Source of the DNA: a virus
DNA length: 64,000 nt
Virus record (IMG/VR): IMGVR_UViG_3300010354_006541
Span: 5,855 to 69,854 of that record
Direction: 5' to 3' (one strand)
Part shown: one piece after another, positions 30,286 through 38,965 of the stretch
How the letters are laid out: each line of letters begins with the position of its first letter
How positions within the stretch are numbered: position 1 is the stretch's first letter
Translations under genes and position numbers: made by a program
The notes under the pieces: model-generated
Seen by the model: the letters and a program-made list of their open reading frames with translations, nothing else
Told to the model about the DNA's origin: nothing
Databases searched by the model: none

Positions 30286-31476
30286 TTAAGACACTTTTAA
30301 TAAAATAGTATCTTCGTTGATTCGCCCATTGAGTTTAATATCTACTGCTTTAATGTCTTCTAAAAACTTACGAAGGGTAACTTTGCCAGCATTTTTGAAC
30401 TCTTTTAATTGTTCTTCGGGCTTGCGCAGGGTTTTCTGAACACTCTTACTCTCACTGAACCCAATAATTGTAGTGCCTTTAACAGCCAAATCTTTGAAGT
30501 CTTCAGCAATATATTTGCCTAACTTACGAGTTTTAGTGTTATAAACCCACAGTTCCTTGCTGCCAATAATATCAGCAGGGTTAACTGAGACTAGTTTCAA
30601 TTGATCGTGAGTCTTAGCGTACTTCATCTTAGCAATAAGTTTATCCTTACTAATTGCTTTGACTTTGCGAGGCTTACGATTAATTTTGGCTTCCTGCATC
30701 AGCATATCACAGGCGCTGAGTATTTCTTGGTGAAACGCAAAAATTTTCTTTATCTGTGATTTGGTGCGATGACTATAAGCCTCTTTGAGTTGTTCGCATT
30801 TACCTTCGAGCAACTCTGCATATTCATCATACTGCCGCTGATAGTAGTCCTTGATAATCCTAGCATGAGCCGCTTTGACCTGTTTGCCCTTTAATAGATT
30901 TACAAGTTTGAAAGCCTTTGGATCAAATGCTTCGGGATCTGTAGAGAAAGATTCGATAGCATCTTCTATTTCTTCAGTCATTTTAAACGTGGCTTCGCGA
31001 ACACGATCTTGAATAGTTACTATAGGACCAGTATCTTTTTTCTCAGAATCTTCTTCAACAACGTCATCCTTGCCCGCCTCGATTACATTATTAATCTGTT
31101 CACTTAACCACTGAGCAGTGTTTCTACCGTGATTGAAATCGGCACGATAAGGAGGCATACCTTTGAGTAGACACGCAGCAATGGCCCCCATAGTGACATT
31201 AGAACGCCAGTCTTTGGTATCTTTGAATGCTTTAATTTGATCTTTAGTAAACCCGTTAACACTCATCCAATTGATGACTTTGGGTTTTAGATCTTTGCCG
31301 CTGGATTCCATACGATACCAATCCATGCTGGATCGGAAATGTTTAAGGAAAGTATCAATGTCCCAAGTTTCGCAACCATCCCATTTTGGGCTTAGATCGC
31401 GACCAACTTTTGCACGGTGTTCTGCAACTTCTTTAGCAGTAACTCGGGTTTTCTTAACAGCGGCTTTAGTGGCCAT
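30286..31476 (-). CDS. Hypothetical phage protein (396 aa, Lys-rich)
   Basis: Long ORF with GGAG RBS behind a consensus promoter. Confidence 0.7.
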   Translation of the reverse strand: MATKAAVKKTRVTAKEVAEHRAKVGRDLSPKWDGCETWDIDTFLKHFRSSMDWYRMESSGKDLKPKVINWMSVNGFTKDQIKAFKDTKDWRSNVTMGAIAACLLKGMPPYRADFNHGRNTAQWLSEQINNVIEAGKDDVVEEDSEKKDTGPIVTIQDRVREATFKMTEEIEDAIESFSTDPEAFDPKAFKLVNLLKGKQVKAAHARIIKDYYQRQYDEYAELLEGKCEQLKEAYSHRTKSQIKKIFAFHQEILSACDMLMQEAKINRKPRKVKAISKDKLIAKMKYAKTHDQLKLVSVNPADIIGSKELWVYNTKTRKLGKYIAEDFKDLAVKGTTIIGFSESKSVQKTLRKPEEQLKEFKNAGKVTLRKFLEDIKAVDIKLNGRINEDTILLKVS

Positions 31477-31507
31477 TCCTTGCTCCTAAATTGTTTACGA
31501 TTTATAT

Positions 31508-31536
31508 ATTATACCATCTTTGATAAGTTTTGTCAA
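31508..31536 (-). promoter_or_regulatory. Perfect sigma70 (early) promoter
   Basis: TTGACA-17nt-TATAAT with extended -10 TG. Confidence 0.85.
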
Positions 31537-31727
31537 TCGGAACTTATAATTTCAATTTCCTCATAATCACCATCTTCGGTTTCTCTAAACACTTTGGCTA
31601 ATACCGAACCTTCATTTACGGTTTTTCTTGCCAAACCAATCGCTTCTTTTCTGCTTTTGGTAGTATCTACTAAACGCTCATGGCCATCCTCATCCTCGGC
31701 CCAGACCTCATAAAGTTCCCAGGTCAT
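31533..31727 (-). CDS. Hypothetical acidic protein
   Basis: 64 aa; AGGAG upstream. Confidence 0.6.
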   Translation of the reverse strand: MTWELYEVWAEDEDGHERLVDTTKSRKEAIGLARKTVNEGSVLAKVFRETEDGDYEEIEIISSD

Positions 31728-31752
31728 GATATATTATTAATCTCCTATTAGG

Positions 31753-32343
31753 TTATTCAAAATTTTTCCAATCTCCATCGGGCGCCAAAACCCAACCAAG
31801 ACTTTGGAGATCATTCCGGACCTCGACGGATACACAGCCTTCTGGCACGTATCTTTTTGTTACTTCTAATCTGTCTAATTGTTCTCTGGTACATTGTTCT
31901 TCATCGGCAGAATATTGATAACTGTCTCTAATACCAGAACAGTACCAATCAATATAATCGCCTTGTTGTCGCATATCGGCGATTATACCCCCAGCATAAC
32001 GCCAAGAGCAACTCCATTCTTCTTGTTTAAGGATAGGAATGACATCCATTTTAATAAAGCCGTTATTACACATAGCCGCATATAAATTTTGAGCGTATGC
32101 TTCGTCGGAACGAACTTTCTTCAAGATCCAATCTGAAGTTAACAGGTCGTATTCCATGTTATTGATTCTGCTTTTGGGATCTTCAAACTTGTGTTTATTA
32201 TCTTCGATTATCTTTTGAAAATAATCAAGATATGATTCATTGACAGGTTCGCCTTTTTCTTGCATACGCTTGATATAACCTTGCTTTTGGAAGGTATGTC
32301 TCTCAGGACTTTTTGACACGCTCTTGTTTGAATTGTCGGACAT
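31753..32343 (-). CDS. Hypothetical phage protein
   Basis: 196 aa; YAQNLYAAMCN, WSCSWR.AGG, DY.DWYCSG. Confidence 0.7.
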   Translation of the reverse strand: MSDNSNKSVSKSPERHTFQKQGYIKRMQEKGEPVNESYLDYFQKIIEDNKHKFEDPKSRINNMEYDLLTSDWILKKVRSDEAYAQNLYAAMCNNGFIKMDVIPILKQEEWSCSWRYAGGIIADMRQQGDYIDWYCSGIRDSYQYSADEEQCTREQLDRLEVTKRYVPEGCVSVEVRNDLQSLGWVLAPDGDWKNFE

Positions 32344-32650
32344 CGTCTATGGCTTTCTCTAGTGTCTTGCTGTAGTTGTATGCTGTTTGTTCATTCATAG
32401 TTAGAACAGTTTGATGTTCTAGATATCCCTTGGTCAACAATTTCCAGATCTGTTTAATACGATTCATAGACCACCAAGGTGATTTTACGGTTGCATATAT
32501 TGTAACATTGACACCTATATCTTCTGCTTCTATCCAAATATCATGGGTATGGTCTTCCGAACCACATTCACAAACAACGTGATACATTTTGGTATCACCC
32601 CAATCATTTTTTTTAAGGATTCCTTCTGCGGGAGTTTGCAATTTCATCAA
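32303..32650 (-). CDS. Hypothetical protein, possible Zn site
   Basis: CECGSEDH.H. Confidence 0.6.
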   Translation of the reverse strand: MMKLQTPAEGILKKNDWGDTKMYHVVCECGSEDHTHDIWIEAEDIGVNVTIYATVKSPWWSMNRIKQIWKLLTKGYLEHQTVLTMNEQTAYNYSKTLEKAIDDVRQFKQERVKKS

Positions 32651-32892
32651 TGTAGTATACCCATGTCAGGAGTTAATTTCAAGACTTTTTGGCTCGATTC
32701 TAAAATACTAGTTACCATTTTTTCATAGTCTTCTTCGTCTAACACTGTACGATAAAGAGTTAGACCTTGCGCAATCAGAATAGCAGCGATTTCAATAGGA
32801 CTATAGTCTTTATCAAACATGGTGCCATGAAAATTCCAATACTCTTGATATAGTTTTTCTAGTTCTTCAGTCATGTGATTTTCTTCAGACAT
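32647..32892 (-). CDS. Hypothetical protein
   Basis: 81 aa tiling ORF. Confidence 0.6.
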   Translation of the reverse strand: MSEENHMTEELEKLYQEYWNFHGTMFDKDYSPIEIAAILIAQGLTLYRTVLDEEDYEKMVTSILESSQKVLKLTPDMGILH

Positions 32893-33049
32893 TTTTCATC
32901 CTTTGATGTTTATATTCTCGTTTTAACCACCACTTAAACTTATTGAAATATTCTGCATGTGTGTATCTAGGTTCTTTTACTTCGGTATGTTCTTCGCAGT
33001 TAGCATACCATAATTCTCTAACCCATGTTCTAAATGCAGAAGTTTTCAT
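32885..33049 (-). CDS. Hypothetical protein
   Basis: Short aromatic/basic ORF; start set just after upstream stop. Confidence 0.55.
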   Translation of the reverse strand: MKTSAFRTWVRELWYANCEEHTEVKEPRYTHAEYFNKFKWWLKREYKHQRMKNV

Positions 33050-33050
33050 G

Positions 33051-33875
33051 CTAGGTCCAAAGGCTCTCACGAACTTTGATAAGACGAATCATCATAGCCT
33101 CGTCTTCGTCATTATATGCTTTTTCAATCTCTTGAGTTTTATTAAGAGCGATTCTGCACATTTCTGCTTCTTCTGGAGTTTTATCTTCCATGTCTAGAAG
33201 ATGATATCCTTTTTCACGGCGCATTTCACAATAGTCATGCCAACCACTAGCATCGTGTACGTCTGGTCGCTTTGGATAGACTTCTTTCCACCAGGTGTAG
33301 AGTTCTAGGATTTCCTTAGCGGCTTTGGCCTGATAAGTAGGTTCGGCTTTGTGCTTTTCACCTTCTTCTAGGAATTCTTCGTTGGTAAGAGTGCTGGCCC
33401 ACTTAAGATAGTCAATACCTGCTTCTGGACAGCGCCAAGTTCTCCAACGTAGCCAACCACTGCGCCACCAAGGTGTGCGATACTTTTTACGGGATTCGTC
33501 GTCCCACATACAGTGATGCCAGGCCTGTTCTACTTCAACAAAATCCACAAGTTCGTTAAAAAGACATGGAAGAAAACGGTTGCCAACATCACGCCACTCG
33601 CCGCGAGGAATATCGCTTGGATGAGCAGTAAGAGCGTGGGTTTTAGATACCCAGCGATTGTTGATATAGTAGCGTACATCATTTAACCTTTCAGGTATGT
33701 AACACCAAACGTCCTGTAGTTTGTCCAAACCTTCCTCAGCAATCCACCAGCGAATAGGATATCGAGCCTTAGCGGCTTCTTCCCATTCACGCCATTCTTT
33801 TCCTGTGCCACACTTTAATTTGGTAGTGCCACGGATCCAATCTGCAAATTTTGAGCAAGTCCAATAATTTCTCAT
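33051..33875 (-). CDS. Hypothetical Trp-rich phage protein
   Basis: 274 aa, directly behind a consensus promoter. Confidence 0.7.
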   Translation of the reverse strand: MRNYWTCSKFADWIRGTTKLKCGTGKEWREWEEAAKARYPIRWWIAEEGLDKLQDVWCYIPERLNDVRYYINNRWVSKTHALTAHPSDIPRGEWRDVGNRFLPCLFNELVDFVEVEQAWHHCMWDDESRKKYRTPWWRSGWLRWRTWRCPEAGIDYLKWASTLTNEEFLEEGEKHKAEPTYQAKAAKEILELYTWWKEVYPKRPDVHDASGWHDYCEMRREKGYHLLDMEDKTPEEAEMCRIALNKTQEIEKAYNDEDEAMMIRLIKVRESLWT

Positions 33876-33902
33876 AATATTTTCTTTCTGTCGAACAACT
33901 TA

Positions 33903-33931
33903 ATTATACGAGATTTCAAAAAACTTGTCAA
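33903..33931 (-). promoter_or_regulatory. Perfect sigma70 (early) promoter
   Basis: TTGACA-17nt-TATAAT. Confidence 0.85.
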
Positions 33932-33953
33932 TATGATTCATTTTTGAATCTTT

Positions 33954-34307
33954 TTATTTGATTAAATTTTGTGCCAAAACCATACAACTGATCCAAACCC
34001 AAATAGTATTAAAGCCTACTAAAGTAGGCAATAATTTTTTATTGCTGGCCCAAATTAATGTTAGACTAGTAAACAATGTTAAGAAAAAAAACCACCAAAT
34101 TTGAATTCCAAAAATTAAACCTGGCACAATGATCACGGCTTTTGCAGCCCAACTTGCAAATTCAACTATATTATAATCTGTCCAATATTCTCGAGTGAAC
34201 CACAAACTATAACATTTTCTGATCTCTGACCATTTTGAATGTGCGTAAACCACAGAAATAAGAATAATAAAACTGACGTTCGCCCAAATTATCTGTTCAA
34301 CAGTCAT
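33954..34307 (-). CDS. Integral membrane protein
   Basis: 3-4 hydrophobic segments. Confidence 0.65.
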   Translation of the reverse strand: MTVEQIIWANVSFIILISVVYAHSKWSEIRKCYSLWFTREYWTDYNIVEFASWAAKAVIIVPGLIFGIQIWWFFFLTLFTSLTLIWASNKKLLPTLVGFNTIWVWISCMVLAQNLIK

Positions 34308-34687
34308 ATTTTTCTTTGATATCCTGCTAAATTAAGCATGATAGAATACTGCTCATAGGCTTTTTGGACTGCGGGATTAGTTTGGCGATGGTACGCTTCT
34401 TCACGTTCTTTTTCCATTAGAGTTTGAAACATATCAATTTGACCGTGATCATGTCTATGAAATCGGAAGAACTTTTGTTCTAACTCAACCAAAGCACGTA
34501 ATCTTCCCTCCGGTATTTCTAAAGTATAGACTTTTTCTGTTTCATATTCTACAACATCATTGCGAATGATATCGGCACGTTCTGGGTCTGTAAAAAATTT
34601 TGGAGGATGATATTTTGCTCTACGTTTTTGATCGTTTAATATACGGGCTTCGTAGTTCTTACAGAATATGTGAAGTTCATCAGTCAT
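34304..34687 (-). CDS. Hypothetical protein
   Basis: 127 aa; C-terminal PAVQKAYEQY resembles the end of 35366 ORF (ALKKAYEHY). Confidence 0.6.
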   Translation of the reverse strand: MTDELHIFCKNYEARILNDQKRRAKYHPPKFFTDPERADIIRNDVVEYETEKVYTLEIPEGRLRALVELEQKFFRFHRHDHGQIDMFQTLMEKEREEAYHRQTNPAVQKAYEQYSIMLNLAGYQRKI

Positions 34688-35369
34688 TGCTAATCAAACT
34701 CTCGCTCATAGGAAAAATTGCTGCGATTACCCTAGCACACTCGAGAGCGATCAACTGATGTTCTTTTTGTGTACCGTTTCCGGACCTCAGTTCGATAAAA
34801 TGTACCCAAGAGCGCAATGTACCATTCATGTAAAGTTTACTTTCAATAAGTCCTTCTGGCAATACTGCACGAGCCTGCTCTTTGGCTATGCCATTAGAAA
34901 CAGCCCAGGTGTAGGCTTCTCTGGCTGTGCGTATAACTTCTTGCTGTTTCTCCAACCATAGTTTGGCTGTTTCTCTATGGTCGAGGTTGCTGACAACATC
35001 AAGTTCGACGGAGTTTTGTCTGTTCTTTGGATCTTGGAGTCGTGCTTCTCTATGTACGAACGAGAGATCTTTAGTAGGGTCAGCATATCGCTGACTGAAC
35101 TCTTGAAAGGAGAATGATCTGTGTCGCAAGATTTGTCTTGCAATATCTCTAGTTGTGGTAATTTCGAGGCATGCTGAGACCATTTCGAGTGGTGACCAGT
35201 GTGCGTGTTTGACCAAGTATTTGATGAGTTTCTCGCTTGTGTCTGTGTTGAATTGGTTGCTAGGGTTTGAGACACGGGCGCAATACGCAATGAGTTCCTG
35301 AGCATCCGAGATCCCCATATCGGAGAACTCGGCGGTAGGTTGTGAGTATGAGACAAGTTTAACATTCAT
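34680..35369 (-). CDS. thyX: Flavin-dependent thymidylate synthase
   Basis: H.SP.E, RHRSFSFQEFSQRY, EQAR..LP, LR.....Q.E. Confidence 0.95.
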   Translation of the reverse strand: MNVKLVSYSQPTAEFSDMGISDAQELIAYCARVSNPSNQFNTDTSEKLIKYLVKHAHWSPLEMVSACLEITTTRDIARQILRHRSFSFQEFSQRYADPTKDLSFVHREARLQDPKNRQNSVELDVVSNLDHRETAKLWLEKQQEVIRTAREAYTWAVSNGIAKEQARAVLPEGLIESKLYMNGTLRSWVHFIELRSGNGTQKEHQLIALECARVIAAIFPMSESLISND

Positions 35370-35953
35370 TTATTTTCTTCATCTTTTGGTTCGTCGAAGC
35401 AAAGACTTTCCATTGTTTTGTAATGTTCGTATGCTTTCTTTAATGCTTCGAACTTTTCGAGTTTTGCAGGATCGGGGACTAGTATAGCAAGTCGCTGTTC
35501 CATCTTAGTCATAAAATCTTTAAGACTTTTTCCGTCGACCTTTATATCTCCGCCTTCTTTAATTTCAATACCATCAGTATTAATATGAACTGTTGAAGGA
35601 CTAATACCAATTCCAGTATTGTATGAGTAAGTTCCTGTACCTGTGGTAGTCCAAGTAGGGTAGCAATTTGAGCCTGATATCGTTGTATTTCCATAATTAA
35701 CTCCACCACTGCCTGTGTAAGAAACAGATGGCAAGGTGATTGTAGAAATAGATGATGTATCAATTGTTGATAGTGTTGAACCACTGAGCGTTATGGTGTC
35801 TGCGGTAGTAAGACTATCAAAAGACAAAGTTTCACATGCAGCACCGTAACCGCTTAGATCTATAGTTGTAATCTCGGATGATTGTAGATCATCCAAGATT
35901 TTTTTCTGCTCCTCGGTTAACACTTTATTTCGCCTTGGCTTCTTTGCGGGCAT
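35366..35953 (-). CDS. Hypothetical protein with Ser/Thr/Gly-rich central region
   Basis: Low-complexity S/T/G tract then helical C-terminus; start uncertain (35953 or 35923). Confidence 0.6.
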   Translation of the reverse strand: MPAKKPRRNKVLTEEQKKILDDLQSSEITTIDLSGYGAACETLSFDSLTTADTITLSGSTLSTIDTSSISTITLPSVSYTGSGGVNYGNTTISGSNCYPTWTTTGTGTYSYNTGIGISPSTVHINTDGIEIKEGGDIKVDGKSLKDFMTKMEQRLAILVPDPAKLEKFEALKKAYEHYKTMESLCFDEPKDEENK

Positions 35954-36119
35954 TTTTTTCAGCAGTAATTTCGTTACGGCGTGCCTTAACAAGTTTACCA
36001 ACTTCTTGTAGTGCTTTACGACTACGAGTTCCGGCAGCGTTATTACCGCCTGCAAATTTTGCATCTTCTGCTAGAAAGTTTTCAAATGCTGTTTTTAGTT
36101 GTTCTACTGTGTTTGACAT
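35925..36119 (-). CDS. Histone H1-like protein (Hc1 family)
   Basis: DAKF..GN.AAGTRSRKAL.....L.K..R; GAGG RBS. Confidence 0.75.
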   Translation of the reverse strand: MSNTVEQLKTAFENFLAEDAKFAGGNNAAGTRSRKALQEVGKLVKARRNEITAEKNARKEAKAK

Positions 36120-36161
36120 ATATGTTCCTCTTGTTAGTAGTATTCTACTTATTCTAGAATA

Positions 36162-36271
36162 TGGTGTGGTCGGTAGGATTCGAACCTACAAAGATTTTAG
36201 GCTATGCCAAAATCCAATCCCAAGTGCGTTTCGCAACGGACAGGAGGTCTACCAATTCCACTGACGACCAC
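36162..36271 (-). ncRNA. 110-nt tRNA-like RNA without a canonical anticodon loop
   Basis: Perfect 7-bp acceptor GTGGTCG/CGACCAC + A-CCA; T arm GTAGG-TTCGAAT-CCTAC; Leu-type D loop GAATTGGTAGA; long variable arm; expanded anticodon arm. Confidence 0.75.
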
Positions 36272-36277
36272 AAGTAC

Positions 36278-36306
36278 ATTATATAAGTCTTTATACAAAT
36301 AATCAA
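36278..36306 (-). promoter_or_regulatory. sigma70-type promoter of the tRNA-like RNA
   Basis: TTGATT-17nt-TATAAT; predicted start falls on or next to G1 (36271). Confidence 0.65.
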
Positions 36307-36375
36307 ATATTTTTGTGTCAAATATAGCAGTTTTCGACCTCTGCAACGCATATATACTTCGAATCGAGATAAACA

Positions 36376-37128
36376 ATGACCCTTAGTAACGACTATTTTG
36401 GAATAATTGGCTACGGATATGTCGGCCGCGGAACACATTACGGACTGTTGAAAAAACAAGTAGTAACCATTCACGACACCCTTTTGAATACTAAAAGATC
36501 AGATCTTAAGGCGTGTAAATTCGTTTTCATCTGTATTCCAACAGAAAACTATCAACATATAGAAATACTTAAAAAAGAAATATCTCTGTTAATACATCAA
36601 AATTCAAAAGTGCAAATCGTAATTAGAAGCACCTTGCCAATTGGAACCTCGGATCAAATCGAAAAAGAATTTGGTATCAAACTAATTTATATTCCGGAAT
36701 TTTTGCGAGAACGATTTTGGGAAGAGGACTGCCAGAATCGTCCTTTAATAGTTGGACATAATTCAGTTAATTTACCCGATTGGTTGCTATCCGATGATAT
36801 CATTCAGTGTTCGACTAGCGAAGCGGAGTTGGTTAAAATGTTTTCTAACAACTTCGCTGTGATGAGAATAGCATTTGCTAACATATTTTACGATATGTCG
36901 CAAAAAGCAGATGCCAATTACGACAAAGTAAAGAGCATGTATTTTAAAGTAGCACACAGTCAAACATACATGGAGGTGCCGGGGCATGACGGAACAAGAG
37001 GATTCGGTGGAAAATGTTTGCCTAAAGACTTAGATTTTTTGATAGATTCAATAGATAAAGAACAACTCGATAGCCAATGGTTTAAACATATTAGAGATCT
37101 TAATAAAGAATGGCAGAAAAAATTTTAG
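36376..37128 (+). CDS. UDP-glucose/GDP-mannose dehydrogenase family (short form)
   Basis: GYGYVG, IRST, PEFLRE, ELVKMFSN, GFGGKCLPKD. Confidence 0.85.
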   Translation: MTLSNDYFGIIGYGYVGRGTHYGLLKKQVVTIHDTLLNTKRSDLKACKFVFICIPTENYQHIEILKKEISLLIHQNSKVQIVIRSTLPIGTSDQIEKEFGIKLIYIPEFLRERFWEEDCQNRPLIVGHNSVNLPDWLLSDDIIQCSTSEAELVKMFSNNFAVMRIAFANIFYDMSQKADANYDKVKSMYFKVAHSQTYMEVPGHDGTRGFGGKCLPKDLDFLIDSIDKEQLDSQWFKHIRDLNKEWQKKF

Positions 37129-37985
37129 TCACTGGTGCTTCGGGCCTAATAGGCAGAGAAATATGCAGACAACTATCTGGTCGTTTTTTAGTAGTAGGTG
37201 TAGATAATAATTTTAGATACCCTTCGTATGTTCCTGAATGCACATTTATCAAATCAGACTTGATTGAATATTTGAATAATACTACAAATAATTTCAAGTT
37301 TGTGTTTCACATGGCTGCTATAAACGGTACTGAGTATTTTTATAAGATTCCAAATACACTTATAGAAAACAATGTTAGCAATGATATAGCAATTTTTAAT
37401 TTTGTTAAAAAGAATAAATCGTGCAAGTTAATCTATGCTAGTAGTAGCGAAGTAATAGCAGGTACAGATAATTTTCCTACAGCAGAAGAAACTGACGTTC
37501 ACATAGAGAATATACATAACCCTCGATGGAGTTATAGGATTCCTAAAATTTTATCAGAAAATTATTTGTTTAACAGCGATATTGATTTTCTAATTGCAAG
37601 GTTCTTTAATGTCTATAGTGAGCACAGCGGCCCAGGGCACTTTGTTTACGATATTATAAACAAGATAAAAGGCAGCGATTATACGATAATCGGTCATGAC
37701 GAGACTAGATCCTTTTGTTATGTTGAAGATGCTGTCACGGCATTATTGCACATATACCGACAGACCAACAGAGAAGTGATCAATATAGGCAGCGATGAAG
37801 AAATAAACATCTTAGAAGCCGCTAACATTCTAGCAGACAAACTAGGCTATAAAATACAATGGAGACTGACTCCTGGCAGAGAAGGTAGCGTTAAAAGACG
37901 TATGCCTAATATAACAAAGTTAAAGAATATTCATCCTGAGTATAGTCCAAGGTCTTTTAAACAGGTAGTTGAGGAAAAATTTTAA
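37110..37985 (+). CDS. NAD-dependent nucleotide-sugar epimerase/dehydratase
   Basis: TGASGLIG, HMAA, YASSSEV, YRIPK, RFFNVY, RSFCYVED. Confidence 0.88.
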   Translation: MAEKILVTGASGLIGREICRQLSGRFLVVGVDNNFRYPSYVPECTFIKSDLIEYLNNTTNNFKFVFHMAAINGTEYFYKIPNTLIENNVSNDIAIFNFVKKNKSCKLIYASSSEVIAGTDNFPTAEETDVHIENIHNPRWSYRIPKILSENYLFNSDIDFLIARFFNVYSEHSGPGHFVYDIINKIKGSDYTIIGHDETRSFCYVEDAVTALLHIYRQTNREVINIGSDEEINILEAANILADKLGYKIQWRLTPGREGSVKRRMPNITKLKNIHPEYSPRSFKQVVEEKF

Positions 37986-38965
37986 TGCAGAACTTTGAAT
38001 CTATTCCGTTTGAGCGCATAGTAAAGTTTGGGCAACGCACTATGATGGAAAGACCTTTGTTTTCTGTCAGTTGGATACTAGGGCGATTCTGTAATTATAA
38101 CTGTTCGTACTGTTGGCCTTATGCTAGGTCTGATAGACAAGACTATCAAACTATAGAAGCCTACAAAAAGACTATAGATGAAATCAAAAGTCAAGCAAGA
38201 CAAAACGGATTTACACAATTTCATTGGAGTTTCAGTGGCGGCGAACCTACAGCCTATAAAGGTCTTTTAGAGTTAATTGCACATTTAGACGACGGGATGC
38301 AAACACCATATCAAAGTTTGCATATGACTACTAATCTCAGTCCAGGATCTAAATGGTGGAAGTCGTGGTGCTCTGCTTCTGAAATGAATGCTCGACGAAG
38401 TATTACAGCGAGTTATCATTCTGAATTTGCTAAAGAACAAGAATTTGGAGATAAGTGTCTCCAATTAATGTATGATGGTGTTTATGTAACTATAAATCAG
38501 GTCATGGTACCTGAGCAATTTTTTCAATTGTATGAACGATGTGCGAGATTTGTTGAAAGAGGTATTAATGTTACTCTTAAACCTCAGAGTGATCCTACCG
38601 CTAGTTTTGTAGTCGATGGTTATACTGAAGAGATGCTTAAATTAATGCGGACTGGGTTCCCTCAAGAATTTCGAGGAGAAGAAATTTATCAAATAGCATT
38701 GTACGATAATGATAATGTTGAACATCTGTTTGATCAGGCTGAAAGGTTTAATGCTTTTGGATTTAATAAATTTAAAGGATGGACCTGTAACAGCGGTTAT
38801 CAAAGTATGATTATTAGAGGCAATGAAGTTAAAAGATCTTACAGTTGCCACGATCAACCATTAGGAACATTAACAGAAGGATTCAAATTGTTTACAGAAC
38901 CTCAAGCATGTATGACTCCAAGTTGTGTTAGTTCCGCAGATTCGAAGATACCAAAATGCAAATAG
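37985..38965 (+). CDS. Radical SAM enzyme
   Basis: CNYNCSYC, SGGEPT, C-terminal Cys cluster (C..G...C...C.TPSC..D). Confidence 0.92.
   Translation: MQNFESIPFERIVKFGQRTMMERPLFSVSWILGRFCNYNCSYCWPYARSDRQDYQTIEAYKKTIDEIKSQARQNGFTQFHWSFSGGEPTAYKGLLELIAHLDDGMQTPYQSLHMTTNLSPGSKWWKSWCSASEMNARRSITASYHSEFAKEQEFGDKCLQLMYDGVYVTINQVMVPEQFFQLYERCARFVERGINVTLKPQSDPTASFVVDGYTEEMLKLMRTGFPQEFRGEEIYQIALYDNDNVEHLFDQAERFNAFGFNKFKGWTCNSGYQSMIIRGNEVKRSYSCHDQPLGTLTEGFKLFTEPQACMTPSCVSSADSKIPKCK

Noticed and set aside
22789-36119. Cellular (bacterial) origin suggested by iscU/iscA/kdsA/sod/thyX
   Set aside because: These genes lack their usual operon partners (iscR/iscS/hscBA, pyrG/eno) and are interleaved with phage hypotheticals, T4-like late motifs and baseplate genes
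36162-36271. Calling the element a canonical tRNA (Leu, Ala-TGC, Pro-TGG), tRNA-Sec or tmRNA
   Set aside because: No 5-bp stem with a 7-nt loop can be drawn; no UCA anticodon or 8-bp acceptor; no G3-U70 pair or tag ORF
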